A stretch of 64,000 nucleotides of DNA from Convolutriloba macropyga (taxonomy: Eukaryota): the NCBI RefSeq assembly GCF_964194025.1, contig NC_134473.1, positions 53,072,001 to 53,136,000 of the forward strand. Direction: 5' to 3'. Positions within the stretch are counted from its first letter, which is position 1; every line of letters begins with the position of its first letter. Under the pieces are notes generated by a model. The model ran no database searches, was not told the DNA's origin, and was given only the letters and a program-made list of their open reading frames with translations. The translations under genes and the position numbers were made by a program. Positions 1 through 13,403 of this stretch are shown piece after piece.

Positions 1-3000
1 ATAAAAAGAGACAAAACAGTTAAACTAGCTCTAGACTCCAAAAATTTAAATAAATCCATCCACCAAAATAAATACCAAATGCCAAATATTGATAATTTAA
101 TTGACACAATTCAACAAAATTTGAATACATCCGCTTCACAAGAAACAGCATATTTTTCAACTTTGGTTTTGAAGTACGCATACAGTCAACTCAAATTAGA
201 CCCGGAAACGGCTCGGCATTGTAACTTCAAAATTATTAGCGGTGAGAGAACTGGAACATATCGCTTTATTACCGGTTTCTATGGATTAACTGATTTGCCA
301 GCAGCATTCCAGAAAGTAACGGATTATACTTTAGTCGGACTCCAAAATACCTATTGTTTCCTAGATGACATTATAGTAGTTAGCCGTGGTTCTAAAGAAG
401 ACCACTTAAAATTAGTATATAAACGCTTAAAGAAATTAGATGAGGACATTTTACAAATAAACTTACCTAAATGTCATTTCGCTAAAACTTAGCCATTCGA
501 GATCGAATGGCTAAGACATAAATTTAGTCAACCAGGAATTGCACCACTTGAGTCAAAACCAGCGGCAATCGCTTCCCTATCAGCACCTAATAATCTCAAA
601 CAACTACGATCATTTTTAGGTTCTATCCATTACTTAGGAAAATTCTTTCCTAATCTATCCCAATTGCGCCACCCTCTTCGACCACTACTAAAAAAGAACA
701 CAAAATTTGTTTGGAACACTGAACATGAAACTCACTTTCAAGCAATTAAAAATAAAGTCGCAAATGCAACAGAAAATACACATTATAATCCGCACTTGGA
801 GACGCGAATCAAATGCGATGCTTCTAGAGCGGGACTAGGAGCAGCTTTAGAACAACGCTAACCTACAGGTTGGCATACAGTTGCATTCGCGTCTCGTTTC
901 CTCAACTCAAACGAGCAACGTTATAGTGTCAATGAACTTGAATTGTTAGGGGTTGTTTGGTCTGTAGAATATTTTAAACATTATTTGTTTGGCAAATCCT
1001 TCACAATTATTACTGATCATCGAACACTACTTTCTATTATGAAAGAACATCGATCAAATAAATCCTACAAAAGTAGACTAACAAGTTGGATAGATCGTCT
1101 TTTACCTTTTGATTTTAACATCAAACATATACCGGGTGCAAAAATGGGGCTGGTAGATTACATTTCCCGTCAACCAAATCAAAAAGCAAAAGTTACAAAC
1201 AAAGACGATGAGGAATTTGCGGTAGCAACAATTACCCGCATTCGTGACGCTATTGCTGCAATTTTCGTAAATACCACACCACAAAACTGCCAATCACAGC
1301 ACTTCAACAGCGTCACTCACACATTCCACACGTGCCTCGCATCCTCGCTTAACAAACTATTCCAATTTGCTTTCTGCCTTAAATCGTAATACAAATAAGT
1401 TGCTTCTTGAGAATTCTGCAAACGCAGCACCATTCCAATCTGGTTCAAATAATACTTCAAACTCAACTTCAATCCTTACTTGTTCAGAAATCCCTACACA
1501 CGCATCACATATCCATACAATTTCCACTAACACAATGAGCAACATCACATCCAACCCACAAACTCCTCCTACACACAGCCGAGTCACATTTCAATCTATC
1601 CACAATTCAGCAGTGAACACGACGAGATCCTCTAACGAGGGTCAAAATTCACCAAACTTGGATTTGTCGAAAGAAGAAGTCTTTGAAAATAACTTGACAC
1701 AGTTATTCACTAAAGGCTTCTTGGCTGTTCTAACAAGCAAAGATGCCGTCCTTAAAGAGGTACTTGATTGCATCCTCCAGAACGACCCCCAAAGATGTAA
1801 GGAAGTGAATCATTACATGCAGTCTTATTGGAGAGACCTCCATGTCCGCTCGGGTTGTGTCTGTATAGCTGAAAGGGTGGCGATTCCTCATTCTATTCAG
1901 GACGCAGTCTTCGAAAGCCTCCATCTAACACACCCGTTGGGGAATGATAACTCTCGGGCAGTACGCGTTCTGGCCGTACATGCACCGAGAAATCCTCAAC
2001 AAGGCGGCTCAGTGCAAGCCTTGTGCTGATATCGGTAAGAATCTTAAGCCCGTTGTTCGGGCGTCCAAATGGAAACCATTGCAGACATGTACAGAGCCTA
2101 AAGAAGAAATACAAATTGATTTTGGAGGACCCATTACAGATGAAAAAGATCAAGATATTTATTTTCTTGCATGTATTGATCGTTTTTCCAAATTTCCCAC
2201 TGTAGAAGTATTTGAAAAAGCTAATGGACCAAATGTACTTAAATTTTTAGATGACTACATTCACATACATGGTGTACCCCGAAATATTAGACTAGATCAA
2301 GCATGTTGTTTAATTGGTAACAAAGTAAAAACTTTCTGTAAACAACATAACATTAACATACTCACTGCCCCTGCTAATGATCATAGAGCTATAGGATTAG
2401 TAGAGCGTTTGATACAAACAATTAAAAGACGCTTAAGCTGCATGAAATTAGATAATAGAAATAAATCATTCACAATTAAAGAAGCAATAAAGTCAATAGT
2501 CTATCAATTACGTATTTGCAAACGAAAGACAACAAACGTAACACCTTTCCAAGCACATTTTGGAAGAAAGCCAAACACGCCACTAAGTAATATAAGTACA
2601 GTTCCAAAGTCATCTAATCTTTCATATGAAGATATTCTTCATCACTTTTTAGATGCTGATACCGTCCCAGTAGAAGACTATCTTGACGAAAACGGTTGGG
2701 TCACAGGAGATCGTAGTGATATCCTCATTGAAGAGGCAATGCAGAAAGCACAAGTGGATGCGGGACACCGCTACAATGGGGATCAAAATAAGTCCATTTC
2801 CCGTTTTATTGTGCATCCTAAATTAAACAACCCCATTCCTCGGACAGAACAGTCACTTGATCTCAAATTGGCCCGCAAAGTAACGAAGCGATCAAAACGG
2901 GACCTTCGGGGAATACGGGAGACTCTAGCAACGGGTAGTAGAGTCGTACGAACATCTGATACTACCACAGTCATTAAAGAACCTGGAGTACCCGAAGTTT

Positions 3001-3599
3001 GCGTACGAAATAGTGATATCGCCAAATTTGGCACTCGCGCAGAACGCAACACAGATGTTTGGGAGTATGCAAAACGCCGCCCTCTCCCCTATGAAAAAAC
3101 CACGGAGGAAAAGATTTTGCAGCACACCAAAGAGCTCAAAAAGAAATTCCGTGGGGAAATCAAAATTCGTCACCACCCGACCCAATCAGACGCGGCCTCG
3201 AGAGTTTCGTCCGCTAATAGCAATATTTCAAAGGCGATGGCATCTCGAAAACCAAAAAGGCCCCACGTAGGAGGCAAACGTTCTAGAAATACTTCTGCAA
3301 CCCTCAACACATCGAATGCTTCTTCTGTTGCTGCGTCTTCAGTAACATCTTCCAACGCATCACCTTCAACGTCCCGAAATAAACGAACCCGACGCGCCCC
3401 CGACTATTTCGGTTTCGAAAGTTCTGTGTGCTCAGTTAGCGACGACTCTGCCGCCCCTGCACGTAAGAAGCAAAAGCCTGAAAATCCAGTAATCGCGACA
3501 ATAATACAAGAAGAGGCAGCTCAACCTCCTGCACCAGCGACCTATTATGAGCTCCAAGTAGTAAGTCTTCCCGCACCCCCTCCTGTTGGAACATGGTAA
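1..3599 (+). pseudogene. Gypsy pol pseudogene (reverse transcriptase, RNase H, integrase)
   Basis: RT: 'FYGLTDLPAAFQK', 'YCFLDDIIV'. RNase H: 'CDASRAGLGAAL', 'ELELLGVVWSVEYFKHYLFGKSFTIITDH', 'HIPGAKMGLVDYISR'. Integrase: HHCC 'LHLTHP...FWPYM...CKPC', DDE 'QIDFGGP/IRLDQA/GLVERLIQ', tail 'RTRRAPDYFGF'. In-frame stops at 490-492 and 859-861; frameshifts near 1360-1390 and ~1935-1945. Confidence 0.92.
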
Positions 3600-4095
3600 C
3601 CCGAGAGTTATGACTGTAAGGACTATACGAGAGAAATAAGTATGAGCGTCTTTGACGCCGAGAATCAAATTTAAACTACAAGCAATTATGTTTAATTTGT
3701 TAAATTGTTGCTTGTGTTAATTCTAAACTAAATAATCCTTCATTTTTAATTTAAATATGGATTCGTATCACTTGTACGCTCATTTTGTGTTAATGTTCAC
3801 CATTTATTTGCGTTTGTGTCTCAATTTCTTCAGTTAAATTTGATGCTGCATGTGTATCAATATTCTCAATGTTATTACTTTCGTGGATTCGCACTTCGAT
3901 TGTGCCTCAGTTTATGTTTTCTGTTTGTGCTTTACAGTAAATGTTGAGAGTTTACATTGATTATATTCTCTAAGTTTAAGCCCCTCATTTCCATTGCCCT
4001 GTCATCATTCATTTGCAGTTACTATTTATACTAACCAGTACATATGTTAATATTATTCAAAATTTTTACACTATTGCAGTTTAAAAATTTCTCTC

Positions 4096-4105
4096 GAGCA
4101 GAGGA
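4096..4105 (+). other. Polypurine tract (plus-strand primer) of the Gypsy element
   Basis: GAGCAGAGGA ending 2 nt before the LTR-start TG. Confidence 0.6.
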
Positions 4106-4107
4106 TA

Positions 4108-4529
4108 TGTGGTACGGTTGTACCTTATTAAGTTCATGTTTGATTACTTAGTACTAAATTAATTTAAGTTTGCCCTTGTCAGGCTAAAAGTCACATTTCA
4201 CATATAATTAATTTACCGCCGACTAATAAGTCAACTTTTCAGTTTTGTTCATATCTCTTACTTTTGATTATCTATTCATTCTCTAGAATCTTGTCATTGA
4301 ATTCAGTTGCTTTAATCTACTTTGTTTTGCACTAAGCGCGATCCTATCGGATTCGATGAGGAATTCCACACTCAATAATTTTGTCTGTAATCGCAGCACG
4401 ATTGCTAAGTAAATCTAAAAGTGGTAATCCCACAACTTAGTAAAAGTTGGATTCGCACCTCGAATCCATTCAACAAATTCTAAGTGGATTTGTGACACGA
4501 ATCGTATCTCTACAGTCAGGGATATCACA
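4108..4529 (+). repeat. 3' LTR (~422 bp)
   Basis: Starts TGTGGTAC just after the PPT and ends ATATCACA (imperfect terminal inverted repeat, TG...CA). The 5' LTR is not in the window, so the right boundary is inferred. Confidence 0.7.
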
Positions 4530-5112
4530 ACGTCATTGAAAATGCACTCGTTGGTTCAAAACTCATCAAGATCACTTTCCTTTCTTCGTAATTTTCCGGA
4601 CGTTTGCTGATCAGAAAATGACGAGAAAACAGAACTTACTTACTCTTTTTGCTTTAATCAATTAACAGTAGATATTACTTACCTTGCGATACTGAAACTT
4701 GCCGCTCACACTATCTTCAACGAGGCTAATAATCACGCAAATGTCCGTTTGATATGTCAAGTTCAGCCAGTTCAAGCCCTCCATGGTGCTTGGAATGGCT
4801 GTGAGGCAGCAGAATTCCTTTACTACAGCGAGAAACTCAATTTTGACATGAACTTTTTTCTCAACGTTACTTTTAAACTGAACTTCTTTCTTAAAATGTA
4901 TTCAAATTCTTTTGCGGAATGGTTGTACATAAATTGCATAGTATATGCTTGATTCTAAATCTTTCCATGAGGGGACCGGCCTTTGCTATCAGCTGGTTAG
5001 CTTGACTATGATCACCCCCATCAGACTTACAGTGAGTTCTGATCAAAATTCTACTGTATTGTTGACTCTTAGCTGAGACATCTGTCAGTAGTAAAAAACT
5101 GCGCTTGACTTG

Positions 5113-5225
5113 GCCTCGCCTATGATCAGGTTAGTCTGCGCTTGAAACTGCCTCTGATCATACAGTCTGCGATCGAAGTGACCTCTGATCATACAGTCTT
5201 AGACCTAAGCGACCTCTGATCAGAC
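5113..5225. repeat. ~30-bp tandem repeat (core CCTCTGATCATACAGTCT), 3-4 copies
   Basis: CCTCTGATCA recurs at about 5151, 5181 and 5213, with a diverged copy near 5119. Confidence 0.7.
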
Positions 5226-7020
5226 AAGTTCCAGACCATTGTGCAGACATGTATTCAGATTTTGTGTAGCCTTCGTTTACGCTGTATTCTTTTCTTGTCG
5301 GTAAAGTTCTTATATACACAATTATCCCTTTCCGAAAAACAGCTGACGTACACTTGATAGAACAAACATTTTTTGAGAACTCAAGCTAGCTCTTGCCTTC
5401 CTTGTTCACTAAACCTATTTTAAAGGTTTTCGACCTTAAAAGTTCCAAGTTATGACAATGTATAGCTACTTAAGAATGACGAATTTATGTGACGTTTAGT
5501 ACCTTTCTGGTGTTTAACGCTGCTATGATGGTTCGCACGAATTGTGCAAATTTGCGTATCTTCTCCGCGTCGCACAGAAGTTCTCTTATACTAGACTTTG
5601 TTAACAGCATATTTTCATTAAATGGAGATAATTTTTGCAAAGACTATAAATATCCCGAAAGGGCTTTCAATTTCATGATTGTCAAAAATTTCTAGCAAGT
5701 AGAAAAAAACAGGCAATATAATTATGCTTATTTACTGTCCTTCAAAACATCAATTTTTTGAGCGCAATCACAAATACTTTTTGCAATGAACCACCGATAT
5801 AACCAGGGCTAATAAATTGATTAAAAACCTTCTCGCACAACTTCGTCAGTAATCAGAAAAGTAAAAGTTTTCTCATTCCAATCTTCGAGATTTTTTGAAA
5901 AAATTCCCGATTGTAGTACCTGCGAACATATAATTGTCAAATAATTGATTTTTAGATTCAACTTAAAGCATGGTAAGTGCTCTCCCGTTCATCCAATTTT
6001 TAGCAGCTTTAAACATTTTTTTTTACCTTTTTGATTCATTTTCGGATTATAGCACATGAGTTTACTGTTTTCATAGCGTTGGATAACTTATTGCGTAATT
6101 TTGTATGGCTTGGGGTTGTAGAATCTGAAATACAGTTGAAATTTGTCTTAATTTCCCAAGAAACCCACGATTTCTGCTTTTCATGTTTTTTCGAATACTT
6201 TTTAAATGAAACCCCTCTCGCCATTTCATCGATTTTTTCAAGAACCAGTTAACCCCGTTTCTTAAAACCCATTTGATGAACGAACATGAAAAGAAACGCT
6301 CTATGCAAAATTCTTTTTTCAGTAGTGCATTGAGAATTCATATTATCCAAATACTTGGTTGCAATTTATAAAATGTATTTCATTTTGCACACACGCGCTG
6401 GAATCTTGGTTGTAGACGACATCATTTACACTGGAATAACAAATCAATAATCGAATAGATCTAATGTCCGGTAAAAAGAGATAGTACTTTTCAGTTGAGG
6501 CAGGTACAAAGAAGCATTTAACGAACAAATACTATTGCATGTTTCACAGTCAATCAATACTCGAGGTTGGTCAAACAGTCAAGTTATCACAGCAGAACTC
6601 ATTGCCAATTTTTCCCACAAAATAATTACCAAATCTGCTATCAAAAATCTCATTCTTGATTTCTAAGACTTGGTACAAAAATTTTCCATTGCGCTTTTGC
6701 TAACATCTTCAATTGATTTTTTTAAAGTTATTTCTATATTCTTAGTTTCGAATTCTTAGTTTTGAATTCTTGGTTCAAAAGTGCTGCTGCTGGCTTGATA
6801 ACATTTCGATGGCAAGAGAAATTGTAAATCCTGACAAAGCATCAATAAAATTTGTCTATTAGTGCAGAAGCAACATCTTCGAGTCGTAGCTGTATGCCAG
6901 ATTTTTTCAAGTTGTTTTAACGTTTGATGATCACTTACTTAATCATTCTTTTGGAAGTTTCTGTACCTCCGCGTAAAGCTCTCGTTGGCAGCTACATAAT
7001 GTGACTTGAATATTCGACAT

Positions 7021-7259
7021 CCCAATTGAACAGCTATCGCTGACATGGCCGACAGGGGCCTTAAGCCGACAACCAAAAAAGCATTAAATCCTACGACCCG
7101 ACTGCGCACCAATTTCAATGGCTGGACAAAACTAGTGATAATTATTCCCGATCAAATTAGTCAACCATTCAGAATTTAACTCTCGGTTAATTTTCTCACT
7201 TCTTCCTTGTCGGCTAAACCCCCCTATCGGCCAATATTCCTAGCACTCACTTCAACGGG
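7021..7259. mobile_element. MITE-like element with imperfect terminal inverted repeats
   Basis: CCCAATTGAA (7021) pairs with TTCAACGGG (7251-7259). TGGCCGACAGGGGCCTTAAGCCGACAA (7046-7072) pairs with TTGTCGGCTAAACCCCCCTATCGGCCA (7207-7233). Confidence 0.6.
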
Positions 7260-8063
7260 TTGCAAAAATCTTTCATTAACAATATTTCTGCAATCATACA
7301 TGTAAGAGAAACAAAATGCAATTTTTTCGCGAAAAAAAAAACAGCAAAATAATTCTCAAAACAATATAATTGCAATTTTGCTAGGTTTCGATAACTTTTG
7401 CAGATTGCGTCTTTTCAATTTATGGTTACATTATAATTCCTGAGCAGTTCAAAGATCAAACCCAAATATACTACTTTTATTATTACCAATTAATGCAATG
7501 TTTGCAATCGGTCTAAGACCATAAATTTATGATGTTCATAATTCAGGTCAGTAACAGTGCAATTGGAAATACATATTTAGCTTTTACATAATAGTTGATA
7601 GTACATAAGAAGTGAAAGAAAGTCTACTAGAGAAATATAAGAAGTGAGTTTTGCAAAATTGTTCAATTATATTACATTTAAAAAAGTGACGTGGTTCCGC
7701 TTAAGGTCAGAGAGAGAGAGAGACAGAAAGAGAACGCAGTTTAGTAGTATTGAGAGGTGGGCATATTTGTCCTGTTCATCGTTTTCCTTTATAACAGGGC
7801 CCCTTGTGGTCTTCGTCTCTTCAGCCCTTCCCTTTAAGCTGCGGTTTCTCCGACGTCGTCTGAAACAGATCATTGCATAAACATCATCGCATAATGAAAT
7901 TTATCATTGCATAAACATTGAGCGTGACCAGTGAGTATTACGTAACACCCGTGAGGTTATAAGATTAAATAGTCACGCATCCATCATTTTTATTTTCACG
8001 CAACGAGCATCCTGAGGACAAGTTTTTTATTTCGCTGGGTATGTTTGATTACGAAAAATCAAA

Positions 8064-9785
8064 CATACCCAGCAGATTGCCGGAAAATAGCCGCCGTTGA
8101 TTCCAATAAGCATGATTGGGATTAAAAGAAAAGAAGATATTCAAAAAAAAGATTTTTGTACAAAAACATTTTTTTAAGTCCGATTTATTTTGATGGCATT
8201 TCGTAGTTGAACATACTTCTGTTTCTTAGAGAGAGGCTACAGGGGATACTATCAATACCAATAAGCATTAGAGATGGTAACTAAGACTTATAGGAACGAC
8301 GTTCAAATAGCGGGCATCTAAAATTGGGCTTCATGGGTTTATCCCGTTTCTATTTCTGACTTCAATTTTTTAATACTGACTCTGTTCATTTTGAATTGCT
8401 TAGCTGAGCAACTGATGTTCAAAATCACTTAGCAGAAGGAGAGAAGAGAGAAACTAGGCTAGAGAAGTCAAAAAGATTTCACGCAAAATGTTGAAAAAGC
8501 GGCAAAATGAGGTGAAGCGAAACATTTTTTTGTTCGACGAAGTAAAAAACATTGCAGGACAAGTCCTGACGTACAATTCAAAAACTTTTCATTGACTAAA
8601 CAAAAAACTCGACCTAGAACGGACTATGAGTGAATTGGGAAAACCGTTTCCAAAAAAATAAGAGCGAAAAAATTAGAGCGAAAAAATTTCACGCCGCAAA
8701 ACCACTCGCATTTTCGCTCCACTTCCTGTTTCGGCGTGACCAATATCACCACTCCAATTTGACTTTAAACATCCTGAAAATGTGTTAACAGATCTTAAAA
8801 ACATAGCCGGAAGAATTCCGGAAACGACTCGAAGGAGAAAATTGCCCATACTTATGATAAAACAACTAGAACAACTATTGTGAAACCTGAACCTCCACAA
8901 ATGCCATAAAAAATTTAAGGAAAAATAGAAACGGCATTCAAAAACAAATTGAACTAAAAAAACTAGAAAAACTTAATGAGTTTTTTATTATTACAAGGAA
9001 ACATAAAGCCGAATAAAGTTCCTTCGCAATTAGAGCAATCGAAAGCTCGCAAAACAATGGGTAAGTCATAAAAGGCTAAGAAACTTGTCTAAGATAAAAA
9101 AGAAAAACTGCAAAAAATAAGAAAAATGGTTAGAAATTTCTCAATTTTTCTGTCAATTTTCCTAAGAAAAATGATATATATCAAAAAAATTTTAGTCAAT
9201 TGGTATCTGAACATTCCTTCAGTAACAAGCTTCTATTCAAATCTCACCTAAAGCATTAAAACAAAAACCAGGCAAAAAATCATTAAACTTCGCCTTTAAA
9301 ATGAGCAAAACTGATGAAAAATCTCCAAATTAGCACTAAACTCATATCAACTACTTGAAACATTCAATTCCGATCAAAACAAGCCTAAAACTAATACAAT
9401 ATCACAATCAAACCTCAAAACCATCAAACGTTGCAAAAAAACTGCTTTCAAAAGCCGCACGTGAACAAAAAAATTTCGCTCGCTTAGAAAAAATTTTTTC
9501 ACACATCAATTTCTCGCTCTCTCAAAAACAGCGCTCTGAACAAAACCACTCTTTCGCTCCGCTCTTCACTTTTGTTCAGTGCCAAAATCACTCAAATTTT
9601 TTCACGCGTTTCATTTCCCGCTTCAAAAATTACTCCAATAAAATTGATTAAAAAAGGGACTTCTCCAATACTCCTCTTTGAGTCGTAATAAAAAGACAGC
9701 GTCCCAATACAAATCATATTCTTTGAATTGTAAAAAAAAATAGGAGCGCAATAATAGGCGGCTAGAAGATGAGGGCGGGTATTAA
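8064..9785 (-). mobile_element. Composite non-autonomous Helentron-like element: family A with a nested family B copy at ~8802-9690
   Basis: Left end CATACCCAGCAGATTGCCGGAAAATAGCCGCC (hairpin + subTIR). Right end AATAGGCGGCTAGAAGATGAGGGCGGGTATTAAAA. Internal second end-set CCGGAAGAATTCCGG-AAACGACTCGAAG ... CTTTGAGTCGT. Confidence 0.7.
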
Positions 9786-9999
9786 AAACAAATGAATTTC
9801 TAAGCCAAAAATGTTTCGTTTCAACACAATTACAGTTTACAATACGTTTTGGTATTCAACACAACCAGCTTCATATAATGAAAAAAAATGTTTAGAGGCT
9901 TCAGACAGAACATATTAGAGTTTAAAATAGAATAGACACAGAAGTACGTAAGACTTTGTTAGTAGAGCAAGAAGCCATAAAAATTGTTCGCGGGAGATT

Positions 10000-10684
10000 C
10001 TATACGACCTCTTCGCCCTCCTCGGGTTCAGGTTCTTCCTTTATATCCGAGGGCCGCGATCTGTTTTCTGTACCTAAAAATGCAACATGCAAAATAAAAG
10101 ATTCCAACATTTCGATATAGAAAACCTTTCACTTAAAAAACCCTTTCTGATAAAAAGCAGGATCAAAGTTGATGGCCACTAGAGGCATCATTCTGAATAA
10201 ATCGCACACTAGAAACTTTCTTTCAATAAACTTTTTTAAGAGACGATGAAGCTTCGATAGCAATTATTTGATAGACAATGGGTGATAGCCAGAAGAAAGA
10301 ATTATACACCATATTCATTGTCTTGTAAAATCGAACTCCTCCGCCTGCTCTGCGATTCTCCTTTTGTACCCACTTTCGATTCTGATTTCTGACTCCCCTT
10401 TGTGGATGCGGAAGATGCGACAGTACCCTCTGCTTTAGATGACTTTTTCGATTCTACCGCTGTTTCTGTTGGCTCCTTTGAAACTTGCTGCTCGGTTGCT
10501 TTCTGACTTTGTTCTTCTGTTTTACCTTTGCCAGAGGAACTTTTTTCACCAGGTTCCGTTTCCCCTTCATAGCTGACATCGCCACTGCTAACGCTGCTCT
10601 TTTTGTCACTGCTTGAGACAGAAGTATCTTTGTCAACAACTACATCCGGGTTCGGTTCTTTATCACCTTCCTTTTTGCCACTCC
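10000..10684 (-). CDS. Probable last two exons (10684-10310, 10073-10000) of a gene with a Ser/Glu/Lys-rich disordered C-terminus
   Basis: Coding-like ORF 'GSGKKEGDKEPNPD...QDNEYG'. Phase-1 donor TAT G|GTGTAT matches a strong acceptor TTTTTAG|GT ACA GAA, giving 'GTENRSRPSDIKEEPEPEEGEEVV*'. The upstream acceptor (cccttaaAG) is weak. Confidence 0.55.
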
Positions 10685-11736
10685 CTTTAAGGGTCAAAAA
10701 CCGTTAAGGGTGCACGCAATAAAATATAACCGGCCCGCGCGGATTGCTCCAATTTCCCTCAAAAAGACATAGGAGCAAAAGTTAACAAAATTGATCTCTA
10801 ACTAATACAACGGAAGTTGTAACTAATAGGCAAAAGTGTTTCCGTATAAGACAAACGAAAACGATGACAAGTTTTTTTATATACTGATGCTTATTTATGG
10901 GTTGTATATTTTGAAGGCAATCAGCTACAATTTTTTATATTGATAGAGAGGTTCATACTTCACGCTTGAACCCTGAAGTAAGAAATGCTTTACGAACTGA
11001 ACAGTTTCTAGAGCAGAAACAGGCTGAGCGAGGGTTCTTTGTTAAACTGGCACATATATTCAAAAGCTTTTCAAACTTCTGTACCACCCTATAATGTTGA
11101 CAACAAGACAAGGTCTTCAATGCCGTTTCAATAGAAAAATTAGAACTCCGCAAAAGGAACAATTCAGCTTCAGCATTGCCCCGGAGCTTCAGCATATCGA
11201 GAAAAAAAAACATTTTCAGGCGTTGGAAATCTATCAAAATCATTCTTTTCGGGCATATTTTAGAAGAACCATAATTTTACTAAAGCCAAAAAACTGAATG
11301 CTATCAAACTCCAAAAATTACAGAGAAATGCAGTCTAAATTAATAGCACTAAAAAATTCAATTGAAAAAATTGTGGTGATTGAGTTCAACAAATAAGATT
11401 ACTTCAACGAATATTTAATACAAACTTTATGTTAGTTTATTAAGATAATTATTAGCCGTTGGTAGAGGCAATCCGAAAGAAGTCTATTTTGATTTCCTTT
11501 ATAGGATATATCAATATCTTGCATTCTTGTATTCGAAAAACCCAGAAACAAAACCCTGTTGGAATTTCAGATCAAAAGAGTAGCTCATTTTCTGTCTTTT
11601 GGAACAAGCTCCGATGACCCAATGAGTTTTTTTGTATTACTGATAAACAATTTTGTTTACTGGTCAACAAAAGAACAGATATTAGAAAGAGAAAAATAGT
11701 GGGAAACCATTTGAAAATCATTTGACTTCCTCCAAA

Positions 11737-12470
11737 CATAGCCGGCAGATTGCCGGAAAATAGCCGCGATAGACGCTTGTGGCCTACCTTGAATTGAAAA
11801 AACTAAAGAAATAATGTTGACAGATCGACCACCAGCTTTTTAATAGACCATTAGACTTTTTGGGTTAGATTCGAACTGAGATTTTTATGCGACTTATGTG
11901 CTCTACAAGGAAAAAACCCTAACGGAACTTTTTCAAAATAAATATTCGATATTAAAACTCAAGACTCTATTACTCAGGAATAAGGGCATATAAGTTTGGC
12001 ACTACTTAGATGCACACTATTGGCCTTTAATTAGTAAATGTTCATAAAATTTAAAGTTCCATAAGTGAGTTCAGATGTCATTTTTTAGTGAGGTAAGTCA
12101 CGCAATTAACCTAAAAGCAGAAATGACGTCACGAACACAAATTTTATCTGCGAAGCAGTAAAGTCACTGAAGTCATTAAAAAAGTCAATTCCAAGAAGTC
12201 AGAGCAAGACGAAACAAAAATCTGTTAGACGAAATAAAAAACATAGCAGGACAAGTCCTGACGTACAAGTCAAAAAGAATTTTCATTGACTAAACAATGA
12301 ACTAGACCTAGAACGGACTATGAGTGAGTTGGGAAAACCATTTCTAAATAGATTAAAAAAAAACAAAAAAAATCAAGGTCAAAATGACGCATGTGAACAA
12401 AAAAAAACCAATAGCGAGAAGTGTAAATTTGGTTCAAACAAAAAAATAGGCCTGGAATGAATTCTGAATG
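11737..12470 (-). mobile_element. Helentron-like (HINE) fragments, family A variant
   Basis: Terminal CATAGCCGGCAGATTGCCGGAAAATAGCCGCGATAG. Body is shared with 43495-43935 and 45490-45700; the distal part is shared with 8540-8650 and 54860-54970. Confidence 0.6.
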
Positions 12471-13403
12471 GATTGATGGCCTCAGAATTCATATTGCGAT
12501 TCATATTTATATTCAGTAGCATTTTCTGCAACAACAACATTTTTGGAATACTTTAAGAAAACAGAAATGATATGTTTAGCTTACGTCTGTTTCTATTAAG
12601 TGTCTTCGATTTGTTGCTTCACTGCAGACTCAAAAACTTTTGAAAGTCCCGGTTTAAAAGAAATCAGAGAGTAGTTAAGTGCATTATCAAAATCTACATT
12701 GATGGAATTATGCAAGCTCCCTTGAGTGCATCAGCAGAGTAATTCGTTCTTAAAAGACAAATTTCGAAAGTCAACCACACTCGGCTATTTCCCAAGATGC
12801 ACCATATATTTCAACTGATGGTATTTTGGAATGATCAAAGGGCTTATTTTGAGTTAGAAGCAATTTGAGACATTCAAACTAATGTAGTGCAAACAGTCGT
12901 GAAAATCTCAGCTAGAAACGACGCAGAGCTGAAGAAACCCGGGAGACTTTAAAGAAATGCAAAATGATGTATTATCGGTCAATCTCAGGCAAAAAAAAAC
13001 TCGCATTGAGGATATGAATTCCTTTCTGAGGAAACTTTTAACAGAGAATTGTTCATTTCAAATCAAAGGGCCGTTGTAAACCGTTGTAGTAAGCCATAGT
13101 TTCCAATGATAAGTATGGGTGCCTCAAAAGGAACGAATTGTTCGTACAGGCTGATTTTTTGAATAACAAATCTACTAAATTAGCACCTGACATCTTTCAT
13201 TTCAATGTTTAACAGTCCTTATTAAAGGTTGAAAAAGTAGAAATAGCGAAGGCGGTCAAAATGTTTTCTGCTATCTAACACTAAAAACTGACAACAGCTT
13301 TTAAAAAAGCTAAAATTGGTTGCTTCATCTTAGATTCCAATAAATTAGCTGTTCTGAAAGTATAAGTATCCGCTAATCTTAACTTCAGTATTGAAATACC
13401 AAA

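Larger units (their letters stand above)
1..4529 (+). mobile_element. Ty3/Gypsy LTR retrotransposon, decayed; 5' part lies outside the window
   Basis: Pol domain order RT-RNaseH-IN (Gypsy order), followed by ~500 bp 3' UTR, a polypurine tract and a TG...CA LTR. Confidence 0.93.

Noticed and set aside
5113-5225. CRISPR-like repeat/spacer pattern
   Set aside because: The ~30-bp period leaves no room for real spacers, there are no cas genes, and the context is eukaryotic; it is a minisatellite.
6340-6990. Possible decayed hAT transposase on the minus strand ('VLIDCET..NS'-like); a similar hint at ~14830-15800 on + ('IRWLA')
   Set aside because: Only a few residues of resemblance across broken frames; needs TBLASTN/HMM support.
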